NCBI GenBank assembly: GCA_044223005.1
Contig: JBGAML010000015.1
Coordinates: forward strand, 32,001 to 96,000
Source of the DNA: Candidatus Eiseniibacteriota bacterium
GTDB lineage: Bacteria; Eisenbacteria; RBG-16-71-46
Direction: 5' to 3'
Length of the DNA: 64,000 bases
Shown: piece by piece, positions 1 through 9,780 of the stretch
Layout of the letters: the number at the start of each line of letters is the position of its first letter
Position numbering within the stretch: position 1 is the stretch's first letter
Made by a program: the position numbers and the translations under genes
Notes under the pieces: generated by a model
What the model was told of the DNA's origin: nothing
Database searches by the model: none
The model's input: the letters and a program-made list of their open reading frames with translations, nothing else

Positions 1-1
1 G

Positions 2-1435
2 CGCGTCGACACGGCGCTCGCGTGGCTCGCGGAAGGTCCGCGGCGATTCGTGTGGATCGCCCTCAGCTTCGGCCCGCCGCCGGAGGCGTGGCGGCGCATG
101 GACGGCATCGGACCCGCGGATCCGGCGGCCGCGACCGCACGTGCGCGCGAGATCGACGCCGCGCTCGCGCGGCTCGGTCGCGGGCTCGCGTCGCTGGGGC
201 CCGTGACGTGGGTCGTCGTGGGCGGCGCGGCGCCGCCGCCGGCGGAAGCCGGCGCGGCCGACCGCCCCGTGCTGCTGGTGTGGAGCGCTCCGGCGCCCGC
301 GCGGCCGCTCACGCGGCTCGAGGACGTGGCGCCCGCGCTCGCGGCCGCGGCCGGTGCGCGCCTGGCGCGCCCGGCGACGCCGCCGGCCGCGAGCGCCGCC
401 GGCGAACTCGCGCGCACGATGGGCTCGCCCGCGCAGCCGGATTCCGCCCGCGCGCGCCTCGCGGCGCTGCGCGCGATCCTCGCCGAGGCCGAGCCCGAGA
501 GCCTGCGGACGCAGGCGCTCAACCAGCTCCTCGCGCGTGCGCCCGACGCGCCTCGCGTCGCGCTCGAGCTCTCGCTGCAGCAGGCGCGCATCGGCCGCAA
601 CCGGCTCGCCCTCGACCTGATGAAGGGCATGCTGCGCAAGTTCCCCGACTATCCCGAGGCGGCGATCGCGTACGCCGACCAGCTCACGCGGACGCGCGGT
701 GAGGACCAGGTGCGCGCGGCGCTCGAACCGATCGCGCCGGACAGCCCGGCGGCCGCCGAGGCGGCGTGGCGATGGGCGATCGCGCTCGCGCGCCAGGAGG
801 ACTTCGTCGCTGCGGAAGGCGCGGCCGATCGGGCTTCCGCGCTGGCCGTGCCGACGCCCGCGCTGCTCGGCGCCGCGCCCACGCTGCGGGAGCTGGGGCG
901 GCGCAAGGAAACGGTGCGTCTCGCGCCCCAGGATTCGACGGCGCGGCTGGAGTACGCCGCCGCGCTCGCGGACTTCGGGCTCTACGATCCGGCGTACGCG
1001 CAGCTGCACGCGGCGCGGGGCCTCATGCCGCACAGCGCCGAGCCCGACTACCGCATGGCGAAGCTGCTGCTGGACCAGGGCCGCCCGCAGCACGCGGCGC
1101 CGACGCTGGAGCGCGGGCTGCAGCGGGACTCCACGCACGTCGCCTCGTGGATGCTGCTCGCGGACGCGCGGCTCGAGCTCGGGCGCACGCACGACGCGCG
1201 CGTGGCGCTCGAGCGCGGACTGGGCTCCGGCGCGCGCGTCGTCGACGCGCGGTCGCGCTACAACCTCGCGTGCCTGCGTGCCGCCGAGGGCGACGCGAGC
1301 GGTGCGTTCGCCGCTCTGGCGGGCGCGCTGGACGACGGCTGGAACGACAGCGCGCGTCTCGACGAGGATCCGGACCTCGCGGCGCTGCGGAGCGATCCGC
1401 GCTGGCCGGCGCTGCGGAGCCGCCTGCCGCGCTGA
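2..1435 (+). CDS. TPR-repeat protein with degenerate sulfatase-like N-terminal part (5' truncated by window edge)
   Basis: Frame is open from base 2 (RVDTALAWLAEGPRRFVW...). Helical TPR-like repeats, ending in YNLAC...DPDLAALRSDPRW, typical of TPR end-of-group domains. Confidence 0.7.
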   Translation, partial: RVDTALAWLAEGPRRFVWIALSFGPPPEAWRRMDGIGPADPAAATARAREIDAALARLGRGLASLGPVTWVVVGGAAPPPAEAGAADRPVLLVWSAPAPARPLTRLEDVAPALAAAAGARLARPATPPAASAAGELARTMGSPAQPDSARARLAALRAILAEAEPESLRTQALNQLLARAPDAPRVALELSLQQARIGRNRLALDLMKGMLRKFPDYPEAAIAYADQLTRTRGEDQVRAALEPIAPDSPAAAEAAWRWAIALARQEDFVAAEGAADRASALAVPTPALLGAAPTLRELGRRKETVRLAPQDSTARLEYAAALADFGLYDPAYAQLHAARGLMPHSAEPDYRMAKLLLDQGRPQHAAPTLERGLQRDSTHVASWMLLADARLELGRTHDARVALERGLGSGARVVDARSRYNLACLRAAEGDASGAFAALAGALDDGWNDSARLDEDPDLAALRSDPRWPALRSRLPR

Positions 1436-1448
1436 CGCGCGGAGACCT

Positions 1449-3437
1449 CTAGCGTGAGGCGAGCGCCGCGGGCGATTCCGCGGTGGCGCGGGGCGACGCG
1501 GGCGCGTCGTCCGCGGGGGCGCCGGCCAGCCAGCGCTCGGCCCAGCTCTGCAGCGACAGCACCGCCCAGAGCGTGCGGCCGCGATCCTCGCGGGCGTCGA
1601 GATGTTCGCGGAGCAGCTTCTGCACCGCGCGCGGATCGAGCACGCCGGCGCGCTCGACGCGGGCCGGGGCCAGCGCGTCCACGACGACGCCGCGCAGCGG
1701 GCCGCGGGCCCAGGCCGAGAACGGCGGCGAGAAGCCCTGCTTGCGGCGCGCGAGCAGGTCGGGCGGCAGCAGTGATTTCGCCGCCTGCTTGAGCGCCCAC
1801 TTGCCGGAGGTGCCGCGAAGCCGCGCGTTCTCGGGCAGGCCGAGTGCGAACTCGATCAGCGAGGCGCGCAGGAACGGGGCGCGCGATTCCACGCCGTGGG
1901 CCATGGTGCAGCGGTCGACCTTCGTGAGCAGGTCGCCCGACAGGTAGGTCTCGAAGTCGAGCAGCTGGTACGCCGTGAGCGGCACGCGGCCCGCCTTCGC
2001 GCCCAGGCCCATGTCCCCGAGCACGCCTTCGAGGTGGCGGGCGTGCTGCAGCGCCGCCGACTCGCCGGCCGCGGCGCGCAGGCCCGGCGCGAGCAGCGCG
2101 TTCGCTTCGTGCGCGCGCGCGGTGCCGAACCACGCGAGGTGGCGCTCGAAGGGCGAGAGCCCGCGCACGCCGAGGAAGCGTTCCACGAGGTGCGCGATCG
2201 TGACGTGGTGGTGCTTCGGCCGGAATCGCCGGGCGAGCGCGATCGCCACCGCGGCCACCGGACCCGGCACGTGCTCGGCGATGCCGGCGTGGCGATGGCC
2301 AAGGTAGGTGGGGTAGCCGCCGAAGAGCTCGTCGCCGCCCTCGCCGGTGAGCACGACCGGCACGTGCTCGGACGCGAGGCGCGCGAGCGCCCACGTGGGC
2401 AGCACGCTCGGATCGCCGAGCGGCTGGTCCATGCCGGCCGCCCACGCGTGGAAGGCTTCTTCGCCTTCGCGCGCGGTCATGACGAGCTCGTGGTGCTGCG
2501 AGCCGATCGAGTCGGCGACGCGCTTCGCGTAGCCCGATTCGTCGTAGCCGCGGTGCTCGATCCGCATGCTGAAGGTGGGGAACGCGTGGTGCAGGTGCCG
2601 GGCCGCGAGCGTCGCCACGAGTCCGGAATCGACGCCACCCGAGAGGAACACGCCGAACGGCACCTCGCCCGGCACGCGCGAGGCGACCGACGCGGCGAGC
2701 GCCTCGCGCGCGCGGGTGGGCGAGTCCTCGACCGTCGCGGTGGGCGTCCCGGCGAGCAGCGTGTCCCACGGCCGCCAGTACCGCCGCAGCGTTTCCTCGC
2801 CGTCGTGGACCACGAGCGTGTGGGCGGGCGGCAGCTGGTGCACGCCGGACCACGCGCTGTCGGCGCCGCAGAAGTAGCCGTGCACGAGGTAGCGCGCGAG
2901 CGCCGCCGCGTCGGGTTCGCGCGCGATCCACGGCAGCTCGACCAGTGCGCCGGGCTCGGAAGCGAAGGCGAGGCGTGAGCCGCGGCGGGCGACGAAGAGG
3001 GGCTTCTCGCCCGCGCGGTCGCGCGCGAGCGTCAGCGTGTGACGCGTGCGGTCCCACAGCGCGACGGCGAACATGCCGTCGAGCGCGGTGGCGAAGCCAT
3101 CGCCCCGCTCCTCGTAGAGGTGCGGCAGCGTCGCGGTGTCGGGGCCGTCGGGTACCACGTGACCGCGCGAGCGCAGCCCGTCCAGGAGTTCGTGGTGGTT
3201 GTAGAGCTCGCCGTTCGCGACGCCGACGACGTCGCCGGTCTCGCTCTCGAGCACGCGTGCCGGCTGGTTCGGTGCGACGATCGCGAGCCGGGCGATGCCG
3301 AGTGCGCAGGCGCCGCCGTCCCAGAGCGCCTCACCGGACGGACCGCGGTGGCGCATGCGGCGCACCATGCGGCCGACGAGCTCGAGGCGCTCGTGAGGCG
3401 CGAGATCCGGCGCGACGAGGCCAGCGATGCCGCACAT
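1449..3437 (-). CDS. asnB: Asparagine synthase (glutamine-hydrolysing) family amidotransferase
   Basis: N-terminal MCGIAG, RHRGP, NGELYN, RDRAGEKPL, LSGGVDS, TGEGGDELFGGY, KVDR...ESRAPFL. Confidence 0.95.
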   Translation of the reverse strand: MCGIAGLVAPDLAPHERLELVGRMVRRMRHRGPSGEALWDGGACALGIARLAIVAPNQPARVLESETGDVVGVANGELYNHHELLDGLRSRGHVVPDGPDTATLPHLYEERGDGFATALDGMFAVALWDRTRHTLTLARDRAGEKPLFVARRGSRLAFASEPGALVELPWIAREPDAAALARYLVHGYFCGADSAWSGVHQLPPAHTLVVHDGEETLRRYWRPWDTLLAGTPTATVEDSPTRAREALAASVASRVPGEVPFGVFLSGGVDSGLVATLAARHLHHAFPTFSMRIEHRGYDESGYAKRVADSIGSQHHELVMTAREGEEAFHAWAAGMDQPLGDPSVLPTWALARLASEHVPVVLTGEGGDELFGGYPTYLGHRHAGIAEHVPGPVAAVAIALARRFRPKHHHVTIAHLVERFLGVRGLSPFERHLAWFGTARAHEANALLAPGLRAAAGESAALQHARHLEGVLGDMGLGAKAGRVPLTAYQLLDFETYLSGDLLTKVDRCTMAHGVESRAPFLRASLIEFALGLPENARLRGTSGKWALKQAAKSLLPPDLLARRKQGFSPPFSAWARGPLRGVVVDALAPARVERAGVLDPRAVQKLLREHLDAREDRGRTLWAVLSLQSWAERWLAGAPADDAPASPRATAESPAALASR

Positions 3438-3464
3438 GAGACTCGGGATCTCCCGGGGAAGCGG

Positions 3465-4877
3465 TCAGCGCGAGACGCGGAAGGCCGCGAAGCGCGAGTC
3501 CAGGTGTTCGGGTCGGGCCGGTGTTCCGGCCGCGGCGCGGTTCGCGGGGACGACGCGCCAGTCCGCGGCGGGCACCGCGGCGAGCGAGTCGCGCAACCGC
3601 CACATTCCGCGCGCACGGAGGTGGTCGCGATACCGCACGACGTAGTTGCTGGTCAGCTCGTGTCCATCGTCCGAAACGACTTCGGACGTGCGTCCCAGCA
3701 GGTAATCCGACCCGGGACTATAGCAATGTTCGTACACGACTGTCCCGCCGCCCGCCCGGGTGATTTCGCCCGCCAGCGGGGCCCCCGATTGCGAGATCGC
3801 ATACGGCACCAGCCAGTGCGCGCCCGCGACGAGCAGCAGCGGCGCGAATGCCAGGGCCGCGTACAGCGGCTTCGGCAGCGCGGGGGCTCGCCGGCCCCAG
3901 CACTCGGCGGCCCACCAGGCCAGGGCCGGAACGGCCGGGAGCAGGTAGGTGACCAGCTTGGAATGCGAAATCGTGAAGAAGACCGTGGCGAAGAGCACGA
4001 ACGCCGTCGCGACCCGCGAGGCCACCGACCGGGGCCAGCGCCACGGGGTGACGAGCGACCACGGCAGCGCGCCGCCGGCGAAGACGGCCGGCACGAACCA
4101 CGCGGGCTGCTCGCGCTTGAAGCCGCTCGTCGTCATGCGCTCGAGCGATTCCTCGAGGAACGCGTAGTGCGCGTATTCCGGGTGGCGGCGCAGCGCCAGC
4201 GCGAACCAGCCGCCGGCGAGCGCGAGGAGGATCGCCCACCCCGGCAGCCACGCGAGCCAGCCGAGCGGCCGGCGCGCGCGCAGCACGAGCGCCGCCGCGA
4301 GGCTGCCGCCGATCGCCCACGCGAGCATGACCGGTCCCTTGTCGAGCACGCCGAGCGCCACCGCGAGCCACATCGCCGCGCGCCGGGACGAGGTCGCCCC
4401 GTGTTCGAGTTCGGCGGCGAGGCCCGTCCAGACGACCGTGACGGCGAGCGCGAGCGGCATGTCGAAGATGACGTAAGCCGAGAGCACCGCGAAGAGCGGT
4501 GCGAAGGCCGTGAGGGCGACGACGCGCTCGGCGTGGCCCTCCGGCTCGAGCCGCCGCGCCGCACGCGCGAGCACGAGCAGCGTGGCGAGCGAGGCGAGGA
4601 TCGCCGGCAGCCGGGCGGCCAGCGGGACGTGGCCGAGCACGCGGATCGCGAGCGCGCCCGCTGCGAACAACAGCGGGGGCTTGTCGAGGTAGGGCATCCC
4701 CGCGAGGTGCGGGATCACCACGTCGCCGCTCACGGCCATCTCGCGCGCGACCTCGGCGTTCCGGCCCTCGTCGGGATCGACGAGCGGATAGCGCAGCGCG
4801 GTCCAGAACGAGAGTGCGACCGAGAGCACGAGCAGCAGGAGGATCCGGCGATCCGGACCGGGGCGGGCGGGCGTCAC
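3465..4877 (-). CDS. ArnT/PMT-like GT-C membrane glycosyltransferase
   Basis: DPDEGRNAEVAREM, YLDKPPL, many TM segments, KLVTYLLP. GTG start at 4877 lies 6 nt after a TGcTACCGT -10 box. This is the 3' part of the listed 879-aa ORF. Confidence 0.85.
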   Translation of the reverse strand: MTPARPGPDRRILLLLVLSVALSFWTALRYPLVDPDEGRNAEVAREMAVSGDVVIPHLAGMPYLDKPPLLFAAGALAIRVLGHVPLAARLPAILASLATLLVLARAARRLEPEGHAERVVALTAFAPLFAVLSAYVIFDMPLALAVTVVWTGLAAELEHGATSSRRAAMWLAVALGVLDKGPVMLAWAIGGSLAAALVLRARRPLGWLAWLPGWAILLALAGGWFALALRRHPEYAHYAFLEESLERMTTSGFKREQPAWFVPAVFAGGALPWSLVTPWRWPRSVASRVATAFVLFATVFFTISHSKLVTYLLPAVPALAWWAAECWGRRAPALPKPLYAALAFAPLLLVAGAHWLVPYAISQSGAPLAGEITRAGGGTVVYEHCYSPGSDYLLGRTSEVVSDDGHELTSNYVVRYRDHLRARGMWRLRDSLAAVPAADWRVVPANRAAAGTPARPEHLDSRFAAFRVSR

Positions 4878-5087
4878 GCGGTCACGGTAGCACAGCCCGG
4901 AGGGTGCCCGGCCCCGGCGGGGGAGCGGCCGCGACGGCGGCAGTCTCGATCGAACGCGCACGGATTCCGGCCGCCGGTGCGCGCGCGTTCCACTTGCCTC
5001 GCCGGGACCCACGAGGTTTGATGCGCACGGACGATCGCCACGCCCGCCGCGGGGACGCGCGGGTGTCACTCCAACGAGGGAGACGGC

Positions 5088-5984
5088 ATGGACATCGGAT
5101 TCGTCGGTCTGGGACGCATGGGGTTCAACATGACGCTGCGCCTGCTGCGCGGCGGCCATCGCGTCGTCGCCTGGAACCGCAGCCCGGAGAAGGTGCAGGA
5201 GGCCGCGGCGCAGGGGGCCGTCGCCGCCGCGACCGTCGCCGACCTCGTGAAGGCGCTGCCCACCCCGCGGGTCGTGTGGATCATGCTCCCGGCGGGCGCC
5301 ACGACCGACGAGATGATCGAACAGCTGGTGCCCATGCTCGCGAAGGGCGATCTCGTCGTCGACGGCGGCAACACCAACTTCCACGACGACAAGCGCCGCG
5401 CCGCGCGTCTCGCCCCGGCGGGCATCGACTACGCCGACGTCGGCACGTCGGGCGGCATCTGGGGCCTGCAGAACGGCTACTGCATGATGGCGGGCGGATC
5501 CCAGGCGGCGATCGCACGACTGCGGCCCGCGCTCGACACGCTCGCGCCGCCGGACGGCTGGATGCACACGGGGCCGGTCGGCTCGGGGCACTTTTCCAAG
5601 ATGATCCACAACGGCATCGAGTACGGAATGATGCAGGCGTACGCGGAGGGCTTCGAGATCCTGCAGGCGAGCGAGTACGACTACGACCTCGCGAAGCTCT
5701 CCCACCTCTGGAACCAGGGCAGCGTGGTCCGCTCCTGGCTGCTCGAGCTGGCCGAACTGGCGTTCCAGAAGGACCCGAAGCTCGAGAAGATCCGCGGCTG
5801 GGTCGACGATTCCGGCGAAGGCCGCTGGACGGTGCTCGAGGCGATCGCGCACAACGTGCCGGCGGAGATCCTGACGCTGTCGCTGATGCGCCGGTTCCGC
5901 TCGCGCCAGCAGGACACGTTCACGGACCGCGTGCTGGCCGCGCTCCGCAACGAGTTCGGTGGCCATGCCGTGAAGGAGAAGTGA
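5088..5984 (+). CDS. gnd: 6-phosphogluconate dehydrogenase (decarboxylating), short YqeC/GntZ-like type
   Basis: GLGRMG, VDGGN, DVGTSGG, GSGHFSKMIHNGIEYG, LRNEFGGH; SD GGAG. Confidence 0.95.
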   Translation: MDIGFVGLGRMGFNMTLRLLRGGHRVVAWNRSPEKVQEAAAQGAVAAATVADLVKALPTPRVVWIMLPAGATTDEMIEQLVPMLAKGDLVVDGGNTNFHDDKRRAARLAPAGIDYADVGTSGGIWGLQNGYCMMAGGSQAAIARLRPALDTLAPPDGWMHTGPVGSGHFSKMIHNGIEYGMMQAYAEGFEILQASEYDYDLAKLSHLWNQGSVVRSWLLELAELAFQKDPKLEKIRGWVDDSGEGRWTVLEAIAHNVPAEILTLSLMRRFRSRQQDTFTDRVLAALRNEFGGHAVKEK

Positions 5985-5985
5985 A

Positions 5986-7500
5986 GTGACGATGCGCATC
6001 GCCGTGCCGGAAGGCATGCGCGCGACCTCGACCGCGATCGAGGCGCCCCCGTGCGTGTTCGTGATCTTCGGGGCGACCGGCGACCTCACGCGCCGCAAGC
6101 TCATGCCGGCGCTCTACAACCTCGCGGCCTGCGGATTCCTGCCGCCGAAGTTCGCGGCGGTCGGCTGCGCGCGCCGGGCGTGGAGCGAGGACGAGTTCCG
6201 CGCGCACATGCGGGACGGAGTGAAGGAGTTCTCTCGCAGCGGGATCAGCGACGCCGTGTGGGACGCCGTCGCGCCGGTGCTGGCCTACTCGTCCGGCGAT
6301 TTCTCGGACCCCGCCACTTACGTGCGGCTGAAGGCGCGCCTGGAGGCGCTCGACGCCGAACACGGCACCCAGGGCAACCGGGTATTCTACCTCGCGGTTC
6401 CGCCGGACGAGTTCGCGCCGATCCTCGACGGCCTGCGCGGCGCGGGGCTGATCGTGCCGCCGGGCGGACCGTCGTTCTCGCGCGTGATCATCGAGAAACC
6501 CTTCGGCCGCAGCCTCGACACCGCGCGCGAACTGAACGCGCTCGTCGCGAATACGCTCGACGAATCGCAGACGTTCCGCATCGATCACTATCTCGGCAAG
6601 GAGACGGTGCAGAACATCATGGTGTTCCGCTTCGCGAACAGCATGTTCGAGCCGCTCTGGAACCGGAAGTACGTCGACCACGTGCAGATCACGTCGGCGG
6701 AGACGGTCGGCGTCGGCACGCGTGGGAAGTTCTACGAATCGACGGGCGTGCTGCGCGACATCGTCCAGAACCACCTGCTCGAAGTGCTCACGCTGTGCGC
6801 GATGGAACCGCCCAACAGCGGTCACGCCGACGACGTGCGCGGCGAGAAGCTGAAGGTCCTGAAGGCACTGCGGCAGCCGTGGTCGGACACGGTGCCGAAC
6901 GACGTCGTACTGGGGCAGTACGAAGGGTACCGCCACGAGCCCGACGTGTCGCCCACGTCGCGCACCCCCACGTTCGCGGCGCTGCGCGTGTTCGTGGACA
7001 ACTGGCGCTGGCAGGGGGTGCCGTTCTACCTGCGCGCCGGCAAGCGCATGAAGTCGCGCGTCACCGAGGTGTCGTTCCACATGCAGGGCATCCCGCTCGC
7101 GCTCTTCGGCGACGCCAACGTGTGCGAGCACGTCGAGCCCAACGTCCTCACGCTGCGCATCCAGCCGGAAGAGGGCATCCAGCTCGCGTTCTCGTCCAAG
7201 CTGCCGGGACACGATTTCACGATCGCGCCGGTGGTGATGGACATGAAGTACGTCGAAGCCTTCGGCGGCGAACCGCCCGAGGCGTACGAGCGGCTCCTGC
7301 TCGACACGATGCGCGGCGACGCCACGTTGTTCTCGCGCCGTGACGCGGTCGAAGCGTCGTGGAACTGGATCCAGCCCGTGCTCGACTACTTCGACGCGAA
7401 CCGCGACCTGTCCCTGCCGTCGTACGGGCCGGACTCGTGGGGCCCTTCGGAGTCCGACCGGCTGATCCAGTCCGACCGGCGGATGTGGCGCAACCCGTGA
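5986..7500 (+). CDS. zwf: Glucose-6-phosphate 1-dehydrogenase
   Basis: GATGDL, EKPFG, RIDHYLGKE, RWQGVPFYLRAGK, AYERLL. Start may be GTG 5986 or ATG 5992. Confidence 0.97.
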   Translation: MTMRIAVPEGMRATSTAIEAPPCVFVIFGATGDLTRRKLMPALYNLAACGFLPPKFAAVGCARRAWSEDEFRAHMRDGVKEFSRSGISDAVWDAVAPVLAYSSGDFSDPATYVRLKARLEALDAEHGTQGNRVFYLAVPPDEFAPILDGLRGAGLIVPPGGPSFSRVIIEKPFGRSLDTARELNALVANTLDESQTFRIDHYLGKETVQNIMVFRFANSMFEPLWNRKYVDHVQITSAETVGVGTRGKFYESTGVLRDIVQNHLLEVLTLCAMEPPNSGHADDVRGEKLKVLKALRQPWSDTVPNDVVLGQYEGYRHEPDVSPTSRTPTFAALRVFVDNWRWQGVPFYLRAGKRMKSRVTEVSFHMQGIPLALFGDANVCEHVEPNVLTLRIQPEEGIQLAFSSKLPGHDFTIAPVVMDMKYVEAFGGEPPEAYERLLLDTMRGDATLFSRRDAVEASWNWIQPVLDYFDANRDLSLPSYGPDSWGPSESDRLIQSDRRMWRNP

Positions 7501-8201
7501 GTGGCGGCCGGCGCCCCGAGGTCTGCGCGGACGCCGGCGCGCTCGCGCTCGCGGCGGCGACCGCGGTGGCGGAGCACGCGTGCCGGGCGCTCGCGGCGCG
7601 CGGCGCGTTCCGCTTCGCCGTGCCCGGTGGGCGCTCGCCGCGCGGGATGCTCGCGGCGCTCGCCTCGCCGCCACACCGCGACGCGATCGACTGGGCGCGC
7701 GTCACGGTGCTGCTTGCGGACGAGCGCGCGCTGCCGCCCGGGGACGCGGAGCGCAACGACCGGCTCGTCGACGAGGCGCTGCTCGCGCCGCTCGGCGAGC
7801 GCGCGCCCCGGCTCGAGCGCATGGCGGCGGAAATGCCGGACCTCGACGCGGCGGCGCGCGACTACGAGCGGCACCTCGAGGGTCCGCTCGACCTGCTCGT
7901 GCTCGGGATCGGCGAGGACGGCCACGTCGCCTCGCTCTTCCCGGGATCGCCGCTGCTCGGCGAGCGCGAGCGCCGCGTCGCCGCCGTGACCGCGAGCCCG
8001 AAGCCGCCGGCGCGCCGGCTCACGCTGACGCCGCGTGCGATCGCCGAGGCGCGGGCCGTGCTCGTGCTGGCGAGCGGCGCGGGCAAGGCGGCCGCGCTGG
8101 CGGCGGCGCTCGCGCCGGGCGCCGATCCGCGCACCGTGCCCGCCGCGCTGGTGCGCGACGGGCACTGGCTCGCGGATCGCGACGCCGCGGCCGGCCGCTG
8201 A
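7497..8201 (+). CDS. pgl: 6-phosphogluconolactonase
   Basis: PGGRSP, DER, LGIGEDGHVASLFP, PKPPARRLTLT; GTGA overlap with the zwf stop. Confidence 0.92.
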   Translation: MSGGRRPEVCADAGALALAAATAVAEHACRALAARGAFRFAVPGGRSPRGMLAALASPPHRDAIDWARVTVLLADERALPPGDAERNDRLVDEALLAPLGERAPRLERMAAEMPDLDAAARDYERHLEGPLDLLVLGIGEDGHVASLFPGSPLLGERERRVAAVTASPKPPARRLTLTPRAIAEARAVLVLASGAGKAAALAAALAPGADPRTVPAALVRDGHWLADRDAAAGR

Positions 8202-8294
8202 GGCCCGCGACGCGGTCCCCGAACGAGTCGAGGGCGTGACCGGCCTCCGGCCACGCCCTCGATCTCCGCTTCGGTTTCTCGTGCCGATCGCCGG

Positions 8295-8648
8295 CTACTT
8301 CTTCTTGGCCGGACGTCCGCGGCGCTTGCCGCCGCTGTTCGAGGCGAACAGCGAGTCGAGATAGCTCGAGACCTCCGCCCGGACGATGCCGGGGAGGATC
8401 TCACGCACGCGCGCCTGCACACCGGCGCGCACCTGGGCACCGAGATCGCCGCCAGCGGCAGGAGCCGAAGCGGGGCGGCGTCCACGCGGGCCCTTGAGGC
8501 CCTGCTTCTTGCGCCACGAGTAGTACGTCACCGGACGTACGCCGAACTTCTTCTGCACCTGGAGCGCGGTGAGTCCTTCCTTCTGCGCGGCATCCAGCAC
8601 CTGCTGGCGCTGGGCCTCGGAGTAGGACTTTCGTGCACGCTTCGCCAT
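8295..8648 (-). CDS. Small basic DNA-binding protein: transposase-type HTH plus C-terminal AT-hook-like motif
   Basis: RKSYSEAQRQQVL...FGVRPVTYYSWRKK resembles an HTH_Tnp_1-type HTH; ends KRRGRPAKKK; strong SD GAAGGAG before ATG 8648. Confidence 0.8.
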   Translation of the reverse strand: MAKRARKSYSEAQRQQVLDAAQKEGLTALQVQKKFGVRPVTYYSWRKKQGLKGPRGRRPASAPAAGGDLGAQVRAGVQARVREILPGIVRAEVSSYLDSLFASNSGGKRRGRPAKKK

Positions 8649-8693
8649 TACATCTCCTTCCAGTTGGGGGACTCGTTGTGGCCCGGGGTTCCG

Positions 8694-8722
8694 ATCTTCA
8701 CCGCGCACCTGACGCGGGTCAA
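8694..8722 (-). promoter_or_regulatory. Putative sigma70-type promoter for the HTH/AT-hook gene
   Basis: TTGACC-N17-GAAGAT on the minus strand. Confidence 0.45.
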
Positions 8723-8756
8723 TGTGAATCGGTGCTTTTCCCGAACCGCCCGCATA

Positions 8757-9713
8757 TTAGGACACGAATATGAAGTCGCGCATCTCGGTCCATCCGAGTC
8801 CCGCGGCCCAGCGCCGCCAACGTTCACGCGCGGCAGGCGATACGTAGGCCAGGACCGCCGGTGGGGCGGCCTCCGCCGCCGCGGCGTGGGACGGGCCGCG
8901 GGCGTCCACGACGCGGGCGGCGCGGTCGCCCAGCGCCTGCCGCCAGCGCGCGAGGCTCTCGCCGGTGCCGACCAGCGTGACCCGGCGGCCGCCGGCGAGA
9001 AACGTGCGGTCGAGCGCCTCGACCTTGAGCCGGACGAACGCGTCACGTTCATAGCGTGGATCGATCCGGGTCGAGCTGCCGGGATGCTGCCGCCAGCCGT
9101 AGAGCGCCTGCGGCAGCTTGGCGAACTGCACGCCGCGCTCGAACAGCCGCACCCAGAGGTCCAGGTCCTCCGCCCAGCCGCGCTCGTGCCAGCCGCCGGC
9201 GTTCTCGAGCGTGGTCCGGCGCAGCATCGCGCAACCGTGGGCGAGCGGGCTGTCGATCAGGACCTCGCGCGCCATGGCGTCGTGATCGAGCAGCGCGTTG
9301 TGCCACGCGGCCCAGCGCCGCATGCCGGCGCCATACGCGTGCGCCGGGAACAGGCGTACGCGCGAGCCCACGACACCGACGTGCGGGTGCCCGTCGAGGT
9401 GGGCGCCCTGCCGTGCGAAACGCTCGCGGTGCGAGACGTCGTCGGCGTCGTGCCGCGCGATCCGGTCGCCCCGGGCGAGGGCCAGCGCCGTGTTGAGCGC
9501 CGCGGGCAGGCCGCGCGGGGGCGTGTGGACGACGCGCAGCCGTGGTTCGTGCCGCGCGTGCGCGTCCAGCCATTCGCCGGAGCCATCGTCCGAGCCGTCG
9601 TCGACGGCGATCACTTCGAGCTCCCGGTGCGTTTGCCGCCACAGCGATGCCAGCGAGGCCGGCAGCCACGGCCCGGCGTTGCGGACGGGGAGGAGCACGG
9701 AGACGAGTCGCAT
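8757..9713 (-). CDS. Glycosyltransferase family 2
   Basis: VSVLLPVRN, VDDGSDDGS, GLPAALN, ARHDADD, EDLDLW. Confidence 0.92.
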   Translation of the reverse strand: MRLVSVLLPVRNAGPWLPASLASLWRQTHRELEVIAVDDGSDDGSGEWLDAHARHEPRLRVVHTPPRGLPAALNTALALARGDRIARHDADDVSHRERFARQGAHLDGHPHVGVVGSRVRLFPAHAYGAGMRRWAAWHNALLDHDAMAREVLIDSPLAHGCAMLRRTTLENAGGWHERGWAEDLDLWVRLFERGVQFAKLPQALYGWRQHPGSSTRIDPRYERDAFVRLKVEALDRTFLAGGRRVTLVGTGESLARWRQALGDRAARVVDARGPSHAAAAEAAPPAVLAYVSPAARERWRRWAAGLGWTEMRDFIFVS

Positions 9714-9780
9714 GTGCGCACGGTACCCGCGCCGCTCCCTCACCGCCACGCGCCGGACGGGCCGGTGCTAAGCTGCGGAC

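Noticed and set aside
3465..6104. 879-aa ORF on the minus strand
   Set aside because: Its 5' half is the antisense shadow of gnd; only 3465-4877 is a credible gene.
8295..8648. Possible IS3-family element
   Set aside because: No DDE transposase frame, frameshift signal, terminal inverted repeats or target duplication seen.
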